A stretch of DNA of 64,000 nucleotides from an uncultured Verrucomicrobiae bacterium (GCA_963726745.1 CAVSDR010000006.1:928001-992000), one strand, 5' to 3'. Counted from the first letter of the stretch, positions 42,330-51,214 are shown. Notes: a model not told the origin generated them from the letters alone. Numbers and translations are program-made.

Positions 42330-42548
42330 ATGGACAACGTCATCGAAGTGAAAGAACTGCAAATCGAGCGGAAACATTTCCAGCTCGAGCTGCGGGAGAA
42401 TGAGCGCGGAAAATTCCTCCGGATCACGGAGGAGGCGCATGGCCGGCGAAACACGATCATTCTCCCGAGCACCGGGCTGGAGGACTTCACCGCGGCCTTG
42501 GGCACGATCGTCAACGTTGCCAACGAGCGGATCCCCGCCGCCTCTTAA
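42330..42548 (+). CDS. PUR-domain (Pur-alpha-like) single-stranded nucleic-acid-binding protein
   Basis: KELQIERKHFQLELRENERGKFLRITE..GRRNTIILP..GL..F is one PUR repeat. Confidence 0.85.
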   Translation: MDNVIEVKELQIERKHFQLELRENERGKFLRITEEAHGRRNTIILPSTGLEDFTAALGTIVNVANERIPAAS

Positions 42549-42910
42549 ACCGGCGATCTTTCCCGAGTCAGGATCACGGCCACGTAGGCCGTTTCCGGCA
42601 GGATGTATTTCCGCAGTTCCAGGCGCACCCGGCGCAGCGGAAAAGTAGCCAGCAACTCGAGTATGATCTCGCTGGCTAAAGTTTCGAGAAGACGGTCGCG
42701 CCGCAGCCCCACGAGGCGTGTCACCGTCTCCGCGACCGCGGCGTAGTTGACGGCATTTTCTATTCGATCGTCCAACTCCGAAAAATCACGCGCCGGCCAA
42801 AGCGTAAGGGAGGCGGTCAGCCGTTGCTCATGAGCGCGTTCTTCGTCCGGAACTCCCACGTGCGCGGAAAGTTCGAGCTGCTCGAGGTGAATCGCGTCGG
42901 CGGCGGGCAT
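42545..42910 (-). CDS. folB: Dihydroneopterin aldolase
   Basis: D.IHLEQL...AHVGV..EER...Q, D....AVNY, LLETLA, V.L.K. Confidence 0.92.
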   Translation of the reverse strand: MPAADAIHLEQLELSAHVGVPDEERAHEQRLTASLTLWPARDFSELDDRIENAVNYAAVAETVTRLVGLRRDRLLETLASEIILELLATFPLRRVRLELRKYILPETAYVAVILTRERSPV

Positions 42911-43012
42911 GGCAGGAAGGCGCTGGGCGACGGTCGCCCGGGCATGGGCCGCAGTTAAAACAATTCCGTCGCGCGGCACAACTCCGGGGAAAGTTTTCCG
43001 TAGTTAGACGGT

Positions 43013-43543
43013 ATGACTCTCCATCGGACGCGCGTCCGCCGGGGTGTGGCGATCGCCCTCAGCGCCGCAACGCTCGGCGGCGCCCTCGGGCTCTGGACCA
43101 CGGAAGAACCGGCCCGACCGAGGCGGCCTGCCCCGCTCCCGCTGTGCCGCGCGACCGATCTGCCGCAGCCTCCGCCCGCCTTCGATTCCGGGCAGCCGGA
43201 TTGGGATAGCTTCATCGGCGGCGCAGCGCTGGCCACTCGTCCGTTGGATTTCGTTCCGCTCTGGGAGGACAAAGACGGCAGCGAATTTGGCAGCGTTCTG
43301 GGCCTCGGGACCCGCGGCGCCGGCGATCTTTTCCGGTGCACGCGCGATGGCCGGATCCGGCCCGTGGCCCGGTTCGCGTCGGCCACGGGCGGCGCCTCGC
43401 CGCCACCGGAAGAGGAACTCGCCGGGATACTCGATGCCTTGGACGCACCCGCGGTCCCAAGGCCGGCGCCATCGGTCCGTGCGAGCGGCGAAAGTCCCGG
43501 ACTGCGCCAATCGGATCGCAACTTCGTCCTGAACAATCCGTAG
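43013..43543 (+). CDS. Hypothetical protein with N-terminal signal/anchor
   Basis: RRGVAIALSAATLGGALGLW then a Pro-rich region; first of three co-oriented ORFs. Confidence 0.5.
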   Translation: MTLHRTRVRRGVAIALSAATLGGALGLWTTEEPARPRRPAPLPLCRATDLPQPPPAFDSGQPDWDSFIGGAALATRPLDFVPLWEDKDGSEFGSVLGLGTRGAGDLFRCTRDGRIRPVARFASATGGASPPPEEELAGILDALDAPAVPRPAPSVRASGESPGLRQSDRNFVLNNP

Positions 43544-43551
43544 TTTCCTAT

Positions 43552-44028
43552 ATGCGGGTCGAATGGCTTTTTTTGCGGTGGCTGGTTATCATCGGGGCGA
43601 TTGTCGCAGGCGTGGTTTACGCCACCTCGCATTATCGAGGCGAGGAAGGGGTGCATTACCAGGTGGTGCCGCTGGTCCAGGGAGAGAAAGCGCTGGGCTT
43701 GCCCCTGGCCGGCGTGGTGGTGAATCCGCTCAACCGGCAGGTCTACGCGATTGTCGGTGGCGCGGCCGCGCACCCGGCTAACGGCCCGGATTTCTTTATT
43801 GCTTGGTCGACGTCGGAAGGCCAGACCTTCAGTGCCAATTTCGCAGCCGACAACGGCGGTTGCTCGCTCTGTCGCCTGGGGCCGGAGGGCTCCCTCCTTT
43901 CCCATGAAGCACTGACCGCTGCGGGCTCCAAGGCCAGCAGCGCCAGCCTGGACCGCGAAAGCCTCCAGGTGATTTTGCATGCCCTGCCCCACCGGCATCC
44001 TGCGGAACCGGCCGAAGGCCGCCCATGA
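43552..44028 (+). CDS. Hypothetical membrane-anchored protein
   Basis: MRVEWLFLRWLVIIGAIVAGVVYA; starts 8 bp after the previous stop; ATGA overlap with the next gene. Confidence 0.6.
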   Translation: MRVEWLFLRWLVIIGAIVAGVVYATSHYRGEEGVHYQVVPLVQGEKALGLPLAGVVVNPLNRQVYAIVGGAAAHPANGPDFFIAWSTSEGQTFSANFAADNGGCSLCRLGPEGSLLSHEALTAAGSKASSASLDRESLQVILHALPHRHPAEPAEGRP

Positions 44029-44222
44029 GCCGGGTGCGAGACGGTCGTTCATCCTACCGGGCCGCGCCGCGCGCGTGCCCGGTCTGCGGTTCCACCTATC
44101 GCACCCGCGGCATCTGCCCGCATTGCTTCCTGCGGCTGGCGCTCGAGCCGAAAGGAACGCTGGATGCGGCCGCCTTCCAGAAAGCCCTGGACGAGACCGA
44201 GGAACGGCACCCGGGGCTCTAA
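44025..44222 (+). CDS. Small zinc-ribbon protein (CxxC-x9-CxxC)
   Basis: CPVCGSTYRTRGICPHCFLRLAL; translationally coupled to the upstream gene. Confidence 0.7.
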   Translation: MSRVRDGRSSYRAAPRACPVCGSTYRTRGICPHCFLRLALEPKGTLDAAAFQKALDETEERHPGL

Positions 44223-44232
44223 CGTCGACTCG

Positions 44233-44592
44233 TTAGCCGACGCGGAAACGCAGATCGCGGATCACTTTGCCGCCAAAGCGCTGCTTCAGTTTCCGAAGGA
44301 TTTCCGTTTTCGAAATGGTCTCGAATTGGTAGTGCAGCGCGGGCTGCAGGACGCGCACAAAGAGAACGCCCTCGCGCAGGCTTACCGGGGCCGAATGCGC
44401 CGCGATGAAGTCGCCGACTATTTGCTGCCAGGCCTCGAAGACTTCGGCCTCATGGAGGCGCTCTTTCAGGCCGAGCTGCTGCATTAATTTTGGCAGCAAA
44501 TCGGAAGGCGCCTGCCACTTGTCGGGGCGCGGTTTCCGCTCCGGGAGCCCGCGCCATTCCGCGAGCACGGCCGCGCGCAGCGCGGGGCTCAT
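44233..44592 (-). CDS. DUF721 / DciA-like protein
   Basis: AWQQIVG..IAAHSAP..LREGVLFVRV..PA..........KTEILRKL...FG..VIRDLRFRVG. Confidence 0.85.
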   Translation of the reverse strand: MSPALRAAVLAEWRGLPERKPRPDKWQAPSDLLPKLMQQLGLKERLHEAEVFEAWQQIVGDFIAAHSAPVSLREGVLFVRVLQPALHYQFETISKTEILRKLKQRFGGKVIRDLRFRVG

Positions 44593-44594
44593 GG

Positions 44595-46016
44595 CTAGTA
44601 TTTCCGCCGCATATTAGACGGCAGGATGTTCAGCTCGGTGCGGTATTTCGCGACCGTGCGGCGCGCGATCGGGATGCCGCGCTCGCTCAGGATTTCCACG
44701 ATCTCCTTGTCGCTCAGGGGCGAGCTGCCGTCCTCGCTTTTCACCAGGTCGAGGATCGCTTCCTTCACGCTGGTGTTGCTCATGGCTTCGCCGCTCGCGG
44801 TCTGGTAGCCGGGGGTGAAAAAGTATTTCATCTCAAACACGCCCTGCGGGGTGGACATGTATTTGCCGGAGATGGCGCGGCTCACGGTGGTCTCGTGCAC
44901 GCCCACGACTTCGGCGATCTGCACCATGGTCATCGGCTTGAGATGCGCGCTCCCGTGGTCGAGGAATTCCATCTGCCGCTTCACGATCTCGTGCGCGATG
45001 TTCGAGATCGTCTGCTGCCGCTGGTGGATCGACTTGATGAGGAATTTCCCGCTGCGGATCTTGTCGCGGATGTAGTCCTTCACCTCGCTGCCGTTGCCGT
45101 CCTGCGACATGATGTCCTTGTAGGTGTTGCTGATGCGCAGGTGCGGGATTTGTTCGCCGTTGAGGATGATCTGGTATTCGCCGTCGATTTTTTCCACGGT
45201 TACGTCGGGCAGGACATAATTCTGCGGCGACTCGGCAAAAATCTGGCCCGGCCGAGGATCGAGGCGGGCAATGTTATTCGCGCACTTCTGCACCTGCTCC
45301 GCGCTCAAGCCCATCCGACGGGCGATTTCCGGAAAGCGCCGCTTGCCCAGGTCCTGCATGTGCTCGGCGATGATTTTATACTCCAGGCTGCCCTGCTTGC
45401 CCTCGCGTTTCAGTTGAATCAGGAGGCACTCCTGCAAGTCGCGCGCGCCCACTCCTGGCGGGTAGAAGCTCTGGACGAGCGTGAGCATGTTCTCGAAGTC
45501 GTCCTTCGCGATGCCGGTGTTCATCGACATGTCTTCCGGGCTTGATTGGAGAAAGCCGCTGTCGTCGATGTTACCGATGATCACCTCTGCGGTCTTTCGA
45601 TCATCGGCGTCGAGCGCAGTCTGGTTGAGCTGCCCCATCAGGTGCTGCTGCAGCGTTTCCTGGGTGGCGATGGAATCGAAGAAAAACTGCCGCTTTTCCT
45701 CCTCGCTCTGCGACCGGCCGCTGTAGCTGGCGGATTGCGCCATGTAATCGCGCCATTCGTCATCGAGCTTCGCCAGCTGGTCGAACTCCTCCTTGAACTG
45801 CGCGTCCTCCGCGGCGGTCTTCTCCGGCTCGGGCGTCTCGGGGTTTTCCTCGTTCGCCAGTTCCTCGAGGACCGGGTTCGTCTCCATCTCCTGCTGGACG
45901 AGATTGCGCAGTTCGAGGAGCGGCGCCTGCAGAATCAAAAGACTCTGCTGAAGCTGCGGGGCGAGAACCTGTTGGAGCGAGAGGTTCTGTGTTTGATGCA
46001 TCCCGGGGCCAGCCAT
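44595..46016 (-). CDS. rpoN: RNA polymerase sigma-54 factor
   Basis: Gln-rich region I (PQLQQSL.ILQ), PPGVGARDLQECL, HETTVSRA, RpoN box ARRTVAKYR. Confidence 0.97.
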   Translation of the reverse strand: MAGPGMHQTQNLSLQQVLAPQLQQSLLILQAPLLELRNLVQQEMETNPVLEELANEENPETPEPEKTAAEDAQFKEEFDQLAKLDDEWRDYMAQSASYSGRSQSEEEKRQFFFDSIATQETLQQHLMGQLNQTALDADDRKTAEVIIGNIDDSGFLQSSPEDMSMNTGIAKDDFENMLTLVQSFYPPGVGARDLQECLLIQLKREGKQGSLEYKIIAEHMQDLGKRRFPEIARRMGLSAEQVQKCANNIARLDPRPGQIFAESPQNYVLPDVTVEKIDGEYQIILNGEQIPHLRISNTYKDIMSQDGNGSEVKDYIRDKIRSGKFLIKSIHQRQQTISNIAHEIVKRQMEFLDHGSAHLKPMTMVQIAEVVGVHETTVSRAISGKYMSTPQGVFEMKYFFTPGYQTASGEAMSNTSVKEAILDLVKSEDGSSPLSDKEIVEILSERGIPIARRTVAKYRTELNILPSNMRRKY

Positions 46017-46095
46017 GGTCAGAGGGTAAGTGTCTTGGAGCACTGCGAGCAAGCAGTTTTCGCGCCGCAGGCTTTGCGTCACAAGGTCCGGACGG

Positions 46096-46111
46096 CGGAA
46101 CGCGTCCTGCT
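46096..46111 (+). promoter_or_regulatory. Candidate sigma54 -24/-12 promoter
   Basis: CGGAACG-CGTC-CTGCT; GG-N10-GC, 15 nt before ATG 46127. Confidence 0.45.
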
Positions 46112-46126
46112 TAAAAGCGGGTAGCC

Positions 46127-46357
46127 ATGAAAATGCTCCCTGTTGCCGTCGCCGCCGCCATGCTTTGGTCCACGGCGTTCAACTCCGCCCATGCCGCCGC
46201 GGAACCGCCCGACCCTCGCCTGCTTGGCGCCCTTAAGGAAGTGCAAGCTCAACAGGCCCAGATCGCCGAGAACCAGGCGAAGATCGAGGTCAAGCTGGTT
46301 TCCATTGGCGAAGCCGTCCGCGTCGCCCGCATTTACGCCAGCCGGGGAGGCCACTAG
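46127..46357 (+). CDS. Small exported coiled-coil protein A
   Basis: Signal peptide ending AHA; heptad helix; C-terminus IYASRGGH. Confidence 0.8.
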   Translation: MKMLPVAVAAAMLWSTAFNSAHAAAEPPDPRLLGALKEVQAQQAQIAENQAKIEVKLVSIGEAVRVARIYASRGGH

Positions 46358-46359
46358 CG

Positions 46360-46650
46360 ATGAAACGCATCCTGCTTCTCGCCCTCTTCGCGCTCAGTTT
46401 GTCGGCTATTTTCGCGGCGGCGCAGTCGCCTTCGCCCATGGTCATCGTGCCGGCGGCGAAACCCGCAACCGCCAGCGCCGCGCCGTCCGCCGCCGCGAGT
46501 GCGGACAACGACGCGGCCGTGCTGGAATTACTCCAGCAGATCAAGGCCGCGAACGCCGAAGTCCTGAAGCGTCAGGCGACGGTGCTCGAGCAGTTAGCCG
46601 AGATGGAAAAGGCCGCCGACCAGATCAAAATTTACAGCAAGCGCGGCTAA
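46360..46650 (+). CDS. Small exported coiled-coil protein B (paralogue of A)
   Basis: Signal peptide MKRILLLALFALSLSAIFAAA; C-terminus IYSKRG. Confidence 0.8.
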   Translation: MKRILLLALFALSLSAIFAAAQSPSPMVIVPAAKPATASAAPSAAASADNDAAVLELLQQIKAANAEVLKRQATVLEQLAEMEKAADQIKIYSKRG

Positions 46651-46671
46651 CGCGTTTCCTCAGCGCGCTGG

Positions 46672-48042
46672 CTATTTTTTGGTCTTCGGCTCGAGCTTCC
46701 GGTAAAGCGTCGCCATGCTGATGCCCAGCATGCCGGCTGCCTTCTCACGCGCGCCTTCGACGTGCAGCAAGGTCGCGTCGATGTAGTTCTTCTCCTGCTG
46801 CTGGATGAACTCCTCCAGCGTCTGGCCGACAGGCATCGAGGCCAGCGTTTGCTGCGCCTTGTCGCCTTGCGCTGCGGCCACGATCGCCGGTGGCAGGTCG
46901 CTCGGCAGGATCATGTCTTCATCGCACAACGCACAGGCGCGCTCGATCGCGTTCTCCAGTTCGCGCACGTTGCCTGGGTAATCGTAGCGGCAAAGAATGT
47001 CGACGGCCTGCGGATCGATCTTCTTCGGTTCCCCACCGGTCGCACTGGCCTGCTTTTGCAGGAAGTGATTCACCAAAAGCGGCACGTCTTCGAGCCGCTC
47101 GCGCAACGCCGGGATCTCCACCGGGATGACCGCCAGCCGGTAGTATAAATCTTCGCGAAACGTCCCGTCCTTCATCTTCGGGCCGAGCGGTTCGTTGGTC
47201 GCGCCGACCACGCGCACGTTCACCGGCGAGCTCTTGTTGTCGCCTACCCGCCGCACTTCGCGCTCCTGGAGCACCCGCAGCAATTTCGTCTGCAGCGAAG
47301 TCGCCATCGAGTTCACTTCATCGAGGAAAATCGTCCCGAGGTTCGCTTCCTCGAAGAGCCCGCGCTTGTCGGCCACCGCGCCGGTGAAGGCGCCCTTTTT
47401 GTGCCCGAACAATTCGGACTCGAGCAAATTCTCCGGCAGAGCCGAGCAGTTGATCGCGACGAACGGATGATGTTGCCGGTTGCTATTGAAATGCAGCCCA
47501 CGCGCGACCAGTTCCTTGCCCGTGCCGCTCTCGCCCTGGATCAAAACCGTGCTGTCGGTGTCGGCCACCTTGTTGATTAAATTGTAGACCTGCTGCATCG
47601 CCCGGCTGGTGCCGATGATGTTCTCGAAGCGATATTTGTTTTTGAGTTCCTTGCGGAGGTAAACGTTCTCCCGCAGCGCCGCCTGGTAGTCGAGCGCGCG
47701 CTGCACCGTCATCTGCAGCTCGTCGATCTTGAAGGGCTTGGTCACGTAGTCATACGCGCCCATCTTCATCGCTTCGACCGCGGTCTCGACCGACGCGTAG
47801 GCCGTGATCAGGATCACGGCGGTCTGCCGATGATGCTCCCGCACGTGTCGGAGCACGTCGAAGCCGGTCATCGTTTCCATCTTGATGTCGGCGATCACCA
47901 CCTGCGGCGCGATCGCGTCCAGTTGCTCCACCGCTTTCGGCGCGGAGTTAAATGGGAAGACTTGGTGACCTTTTTCGCGACAGAGCGACCCGATCACTTC
48001 CACCATGGCTGGCTCGTCGTCGATGATGATGATTTTTGCCAT
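46672..48042 (-). CDS. Sigma54-dependent response regulator (NtrC/AtoC family)
   Basis: Receiver (IIDDE, ADIKM, TKP), GESGTGKE, ESELFGH.KGAFTGA, FLDEV, YPGNVRELEN, Fis-type HTH. Confidence 0.95.
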   Translation of the reverse strand: MAKIIIIDDEPAMVEVIGSLCREKGHQVFPFNSAPKAVEQLDAIAPQVVIADIKMETMTGFDVLRHVREHHRQTAVILITAYASVETAVEAMKMGAYDYVTKPFKIDELQMTVQRALDYQAALRENVYLRKELKNKYRFENIIGTSRAMQQVYNLINKVADTDSTVLIQGESGTGKELVARGLHFNSNRQHHPFVAINCSALPENLLESELFGHKKGAFTGAVADKRGLFEEANLGTIFLDEVNSMATSLQTKLLRVLQEREVRRVGDNKSSPVNVRVVGATNEPLGPKMKDGTFREDLYYRLAVIPVEIPALRERLEDVPLLVNHFLQKQASATGGEPKKIDPQAVDILCRYDYPGNVRELENAIERACALCDEDMILPSDLPPAIVAAAQGDKAQQTLASMPVGQTLEEFIQQQEKNYIDATLLHVEGAREKAAGMLGISMATLYRKLEPKTKK

Positions 48043-48099
48043 AATCGCAGGGCGGAGAGTAGTTTCAGTTTTGAGAAAAGCAACGTCAGAAACGAGAAT

Positions 48100-49287
48100 C
48101 TACCTAGGCAGCGCGACCTCGCCGCGCAACATCCTCCACGGCACTTCGCCGCGAAATTCCACTGCGCTCTCAAACACATCGTCTGCCGCGGTCGCTTCGG
48201 TGGGGACGACGATTAAATCCGCATAAGAACCCGGCGCGATCCGCCCGAGCACTGCTCCACTCTGCAACGCCCGCGCGGGATGCGTTGTCACCATCGCAAG
48301 AATTTCGCGCGCTGAAATTGCTGGCTGTTGCTGGCGAAACTCCCGCATTTCCGCGAAGAGACTCAGATCGTCGTTGCTCGCGAGGCTGTCGGTCGCCAGG
48401 CAAATATTGAACCCGCGCGCGCGCAAATCTCCGAAGCGAAACCGCGTGTGCCCGAAGAACGCATGCGAGCGCGGGCAATGCGCGACATGGAACCGCGGCG
48501 CTGCCTCCAGCAGTCGCAGGTCGTCGTCCGTGAGCTCGTTCACATGCGCCACGATCCAGCGCTCGTCGAGCACCCCCAACTCGAGCAGGTGGGCCAGCGG
48601 CGTGAGCGCGCGCGCGCAATCTCCCATCGGTCGCCCGAGCTCGCGCAGAAACTCAAACATCTCCCCGCGTCCTTCGCGAAACATCGCCATCTCCTCCCGC
48701 GACTCCGCCAGGTGTGTGGTTGCCAGCACACCCGCCGCCGCGGTCGCGCGATATAACTCCGCCGATGCCGTGTAGGGCGCATGCGGCGCGAGCCCACAAG
48801 GTGCCGGCAAAAGAGACAGCACTTTCTCAACGTCGATCCCTCCGCGCAGATCGATCAATTCCGCGAACCACCAGAGCCGCATCGGCAGCGTCGGCAGCTG
48901 GCTGATTAACTCCGGAAACGCTTCCAAATTCGCGATCGTCGTCGTGCCGAAACGCGCCGCCTCCGTGCAGCCCTCGGTAATCGACCGCAGATAATCCTCC
49001 TCACTCCACGACGCTTTCAGGGCGTTGATCGCGCGAATCCATTGCGGAAAAGGCAGCCCGCGCGGGAGCCGGCCGCGCATTCCTGTATAGTCGAGATGGC
49101 AGTGCGCGTTGATTAGCCCCGGCAAGAGCGCGACCTCGCCCAGATCGTGCACTTCCTCACCACCCCAGCGCGCGCGCACCTCTGGCCACCGACCCACCTC
49201 CACGATCCGGTCGCCGGAGACCACGACCGCACCGTTCTCGATCGGAGCGCCCTCCATGGTCACGACCACACGCGCGCGCAGGATCAT
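48100..49287 (-). CDS. Metal-dependent amidohydrolase (chlorohydrolase/deaminase family)
   Basis: PGLINAHCHLD, APHAPY, HLAES, AHVN, HCPRS, TDSLASN. Confidence 0.88.
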   Translation of the reverse strand: MILRARVVVTMEGAPIENGAVVVSGDRIVEVGRWPEVRARWGGEEVHDLGEVALLPGLINAHCHLDYTGMRGRLPRGLPFPQWIRAINALKASWSEEDYLRSITEGCTEAARFGTTTIANLEAFPELISQLPTLPMRLWWFAELIDLRGGIDVEKVLSLLPAPCGLAPHAPYTASAELYRATAAAGVLATTHLAESREEMAMFREGRGEMFEFLRELGRPMGDCARALTPLAHLLELGVLDERWIVAHVNELTDDDLRLLEAAPRFHVAHCPRSHAFFGHTRFRFGDLRARGFNICLATDSLASNDDLSLFAEMREFRQQQPAISAREILAMVTTHPARALQSGAVLGRIAPGSYADLIVVPTEATAADDVFESAVEFRGEVPWRMLRGEVALPR

Positions 49288-49294
49288 GGGAAAG

Positions 49295-49897
49295 TTACTC
49301 GCCGCCCTTCACCACCTTGCGCGCCTCGGCTACGAGCAGGTTGCACGCTTCCTGGCAAAGCAACGGCAACGCCGCGGCGGCGGCCGGAGTGAATTTTCCC
49401 GGCGGCAACAAGCTCGAAGGCAACGCGTCCGTGGCATCGCGCCGCCAGAGGATCGTGCGCAGGCAACCGCCGTCCGAGCGACAGATGTGGCCGACTAATT
49501 GGTCGATCTGCGCGTCGCTGATCTTCGCGGCCACGCGATACATCCCCGTCTGCCGCCCGAGCGTGGCCCGCAGCGGAGTCGTGGAAAGCGATCCTGATGC
49601 CCAAGCGCGGAAAGCCGCCAGCCGCCCTGGATAGAAAATCTCCAGCGCCTCTCTCACCGCCATCTTGTCGGCTAATTTTAATTCCCAGCCGTGGCGCAGG
49701 TTCGGCGCAGTGCGGAGCGGGCGAAAATTTCCCGCATCGTCGAAGCGCGCGATTTCCTCCGCATCGTCAAACAAAGGCAAATCTTCGCGCCCGCGATCGT
49801 CATGATGACAAAGCACAAAGCCGCCTGCTTCCGTGCGCCGGCCAAAAAGTTGCCCGATGCGAAACGTCGGCGCCGCGAGCCATTCCTCGATCGTCAC
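49295..49897 (-). CDS. DR2241-family protein with Cys cluster
   Basis: RFDDAGNFRPLRTAPNL..GW, FYPG, RQTGMY, C....GCL, LCQEAC. Confidence 0.8.
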   Translation of the reverse strand: MTIEEWLAAPTFRIGQLFGRRTEAGGFVLCHHDDRGREDLPLFDDAEEIARFDDAGNFRPLRTAPNLRHGWELKLADKMAVREALEIFYPGRLAAFRAWASGSLSTTPLRATLGRQTGMYRVAAKISDAQIDQLVGHICRSDGGCLRTILWRRDATDALPSSLLPPGKFTPAAAAALPLLCQEACNLLVAEARKVVKGGE

Positions 49898-49913
49898 CGC
49901 GGTGGCGTGGGGC

Positions 49914-50375
49914 TCACTTGAACGCGTGGCCCATCATCAGCGCCACCTTTTCCAGCACTTCGCGGTCGTCCTTGGTAAACGCTCGCTCTTTCATCGTATC
50001 GGCAATGATCACGCCCACGACCTTGTCGCTCTGGCTGATCACCGGGACCACGATCTCCGCGCGGGTCGTGTGGAAGCCGGGCAGATAGCGCGGGTCTTTC
50101 CTCACATCCGGCACCACGATGGTTTCGCGCGCTTCCGCGGCCGCGCCGCACAGGCCCTGCGTCGCCGGAAAACGCGGGTAGCAAACCGGTTCATCGCCGC
50201 TCCCCGCGACGGCCACGAAATCGCCCCGGTTCAATTTGTAAACTCCGACCCAGCAATAGCCGCGCGCCTGCTGGATCATTTCGACCATCCGCTTCACATC
50301 TTTCGGGCCGTTCGCGCCCGCGAGAATGAACGCACCCAGCTCCTGCAGCATCTGGATCGTGGCCGGGTCTTTCAC
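49914..50375 (-). CDS. Stand-alone GAF-domain protein (fRMsr/MsrC-like fold)
   Basis: WVGVY, QGLCGAAA..RETIVVPDV..DPRYL, AEIVVPV, F...D...LE. Confidence 0.85.
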   Translation of the reverse strand: MKDPATIQMLQELGAFILAGANGPKDVKRMVEMIQQARGYCWVGVYKLNRGDFVAVAGSGDEPVCYPRFPATQGLCGAAAEARETIVVPDVRKDPRYLPGFHTTRAEIVVPVISQSDKVVGVIIADTMKERAFTKDDREVLEKVALMMGHAFK

Positions 50376-51214
50376 GCGATCGCCTCCTCCGCGGGCTGCG
50401 CTTCGAACGCTTCCACCTGTTCCAAAATCACATCGGCAAAACGCGGTTCCGTCCCGATCGAGCTCGCGTAGAAAAGCGTGCGCCCTTCGAGCAGATGCGG
50501 GTTCCGGCGAAACACGTCGCCCGCGCGTTGCCGCGCCGTGGCCGAGACGCCCGCGTCCTGCTCCATGCCCAGGAGCACGGGAATGTCTTCATAGCTGTGC
50601 AAGCCATCGGCGATGAAGAACGGCACCACGATCACGTTGGGAGTGTGGGTGAGCTTCCTCCAGTCGGCAACCAGCGGCGCCTCCTCCATGTAGACGTTCA
50701 ACACCGAGGCGTAATCGCTCTGCGCGGCGATCGCTTCCGCGGCGCGTTTGGCCGCGACCGCGCTATTATCGTTCAAGCTCGTGCCATGGCCCACAATCAG
50801 CAGGCTGGTCTCCTTTTCCGGAACGCCGGGAGCGATCGCGCGCGCTCGCGCCAGCAAGAGATCGGTCGCAAGGCGATGGTTCCCCACCGGCTCGCAATAT
50901 TTCCAAACCTGCCCGTCGATCCGCGTGGTCACGCGGCCGGCCAGCTCCAGCTCCCGCGGGATCACCGTCTGCGTGAAGTAACCTTCGCTGATGAAATTGG
51001 GGACCACGAAGACTTCGCGAATGCGCGGGCTTTCGAAGAACAGGAGCGCATCGCGCAAGCTCGGCTCCTCTTTCCAGAAACAGCAGGCCACCTCGGAAAA
51101 GAGAGCGCGCTGTCTAATCTCCGCCGCATGCGCCAGGCTCGGCGTGCTCGAGTCCGGGTTCACCGTCGAGCCGTGGCCCACGATCAGGAGCGCGGCATTT
51201 TCTCGGCGCGTCAT
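50372..51214 (-). CDS. CbiX/SirB-family chelatase (two CbiX domains)
   Basis: LLIVGHGS and LLIVGHGT, FWKEEP, VVPNFISEGYF, VVPFFIADGLHSYEDIP. Confidence 0.87.
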   Translation of the reverse strand: MTRRENAALLIVGHGSTVNPDSSTPSLAHAAEIRQRALFSEVACCFWKEEPSLRDALLFFESPRIREVFVVPNFISEGYFTQTVIPRELELAGRVTTRIDGQVWKYCEPVGNHRLATDLLLARARAIAPGVPEKETSLLIVGHGTSLNDNSAVAAKRAAEAIAAQSDYASVLNVYMEEAPLVADWRKLTHTPNVIVVPFFIADGLHSYEDIPVLLGMEQDAGVSATARQRAGDVFRRNPHLLEGRTLFYASSIGTEPRFADVILEQVEAFEAQPAEEAIA

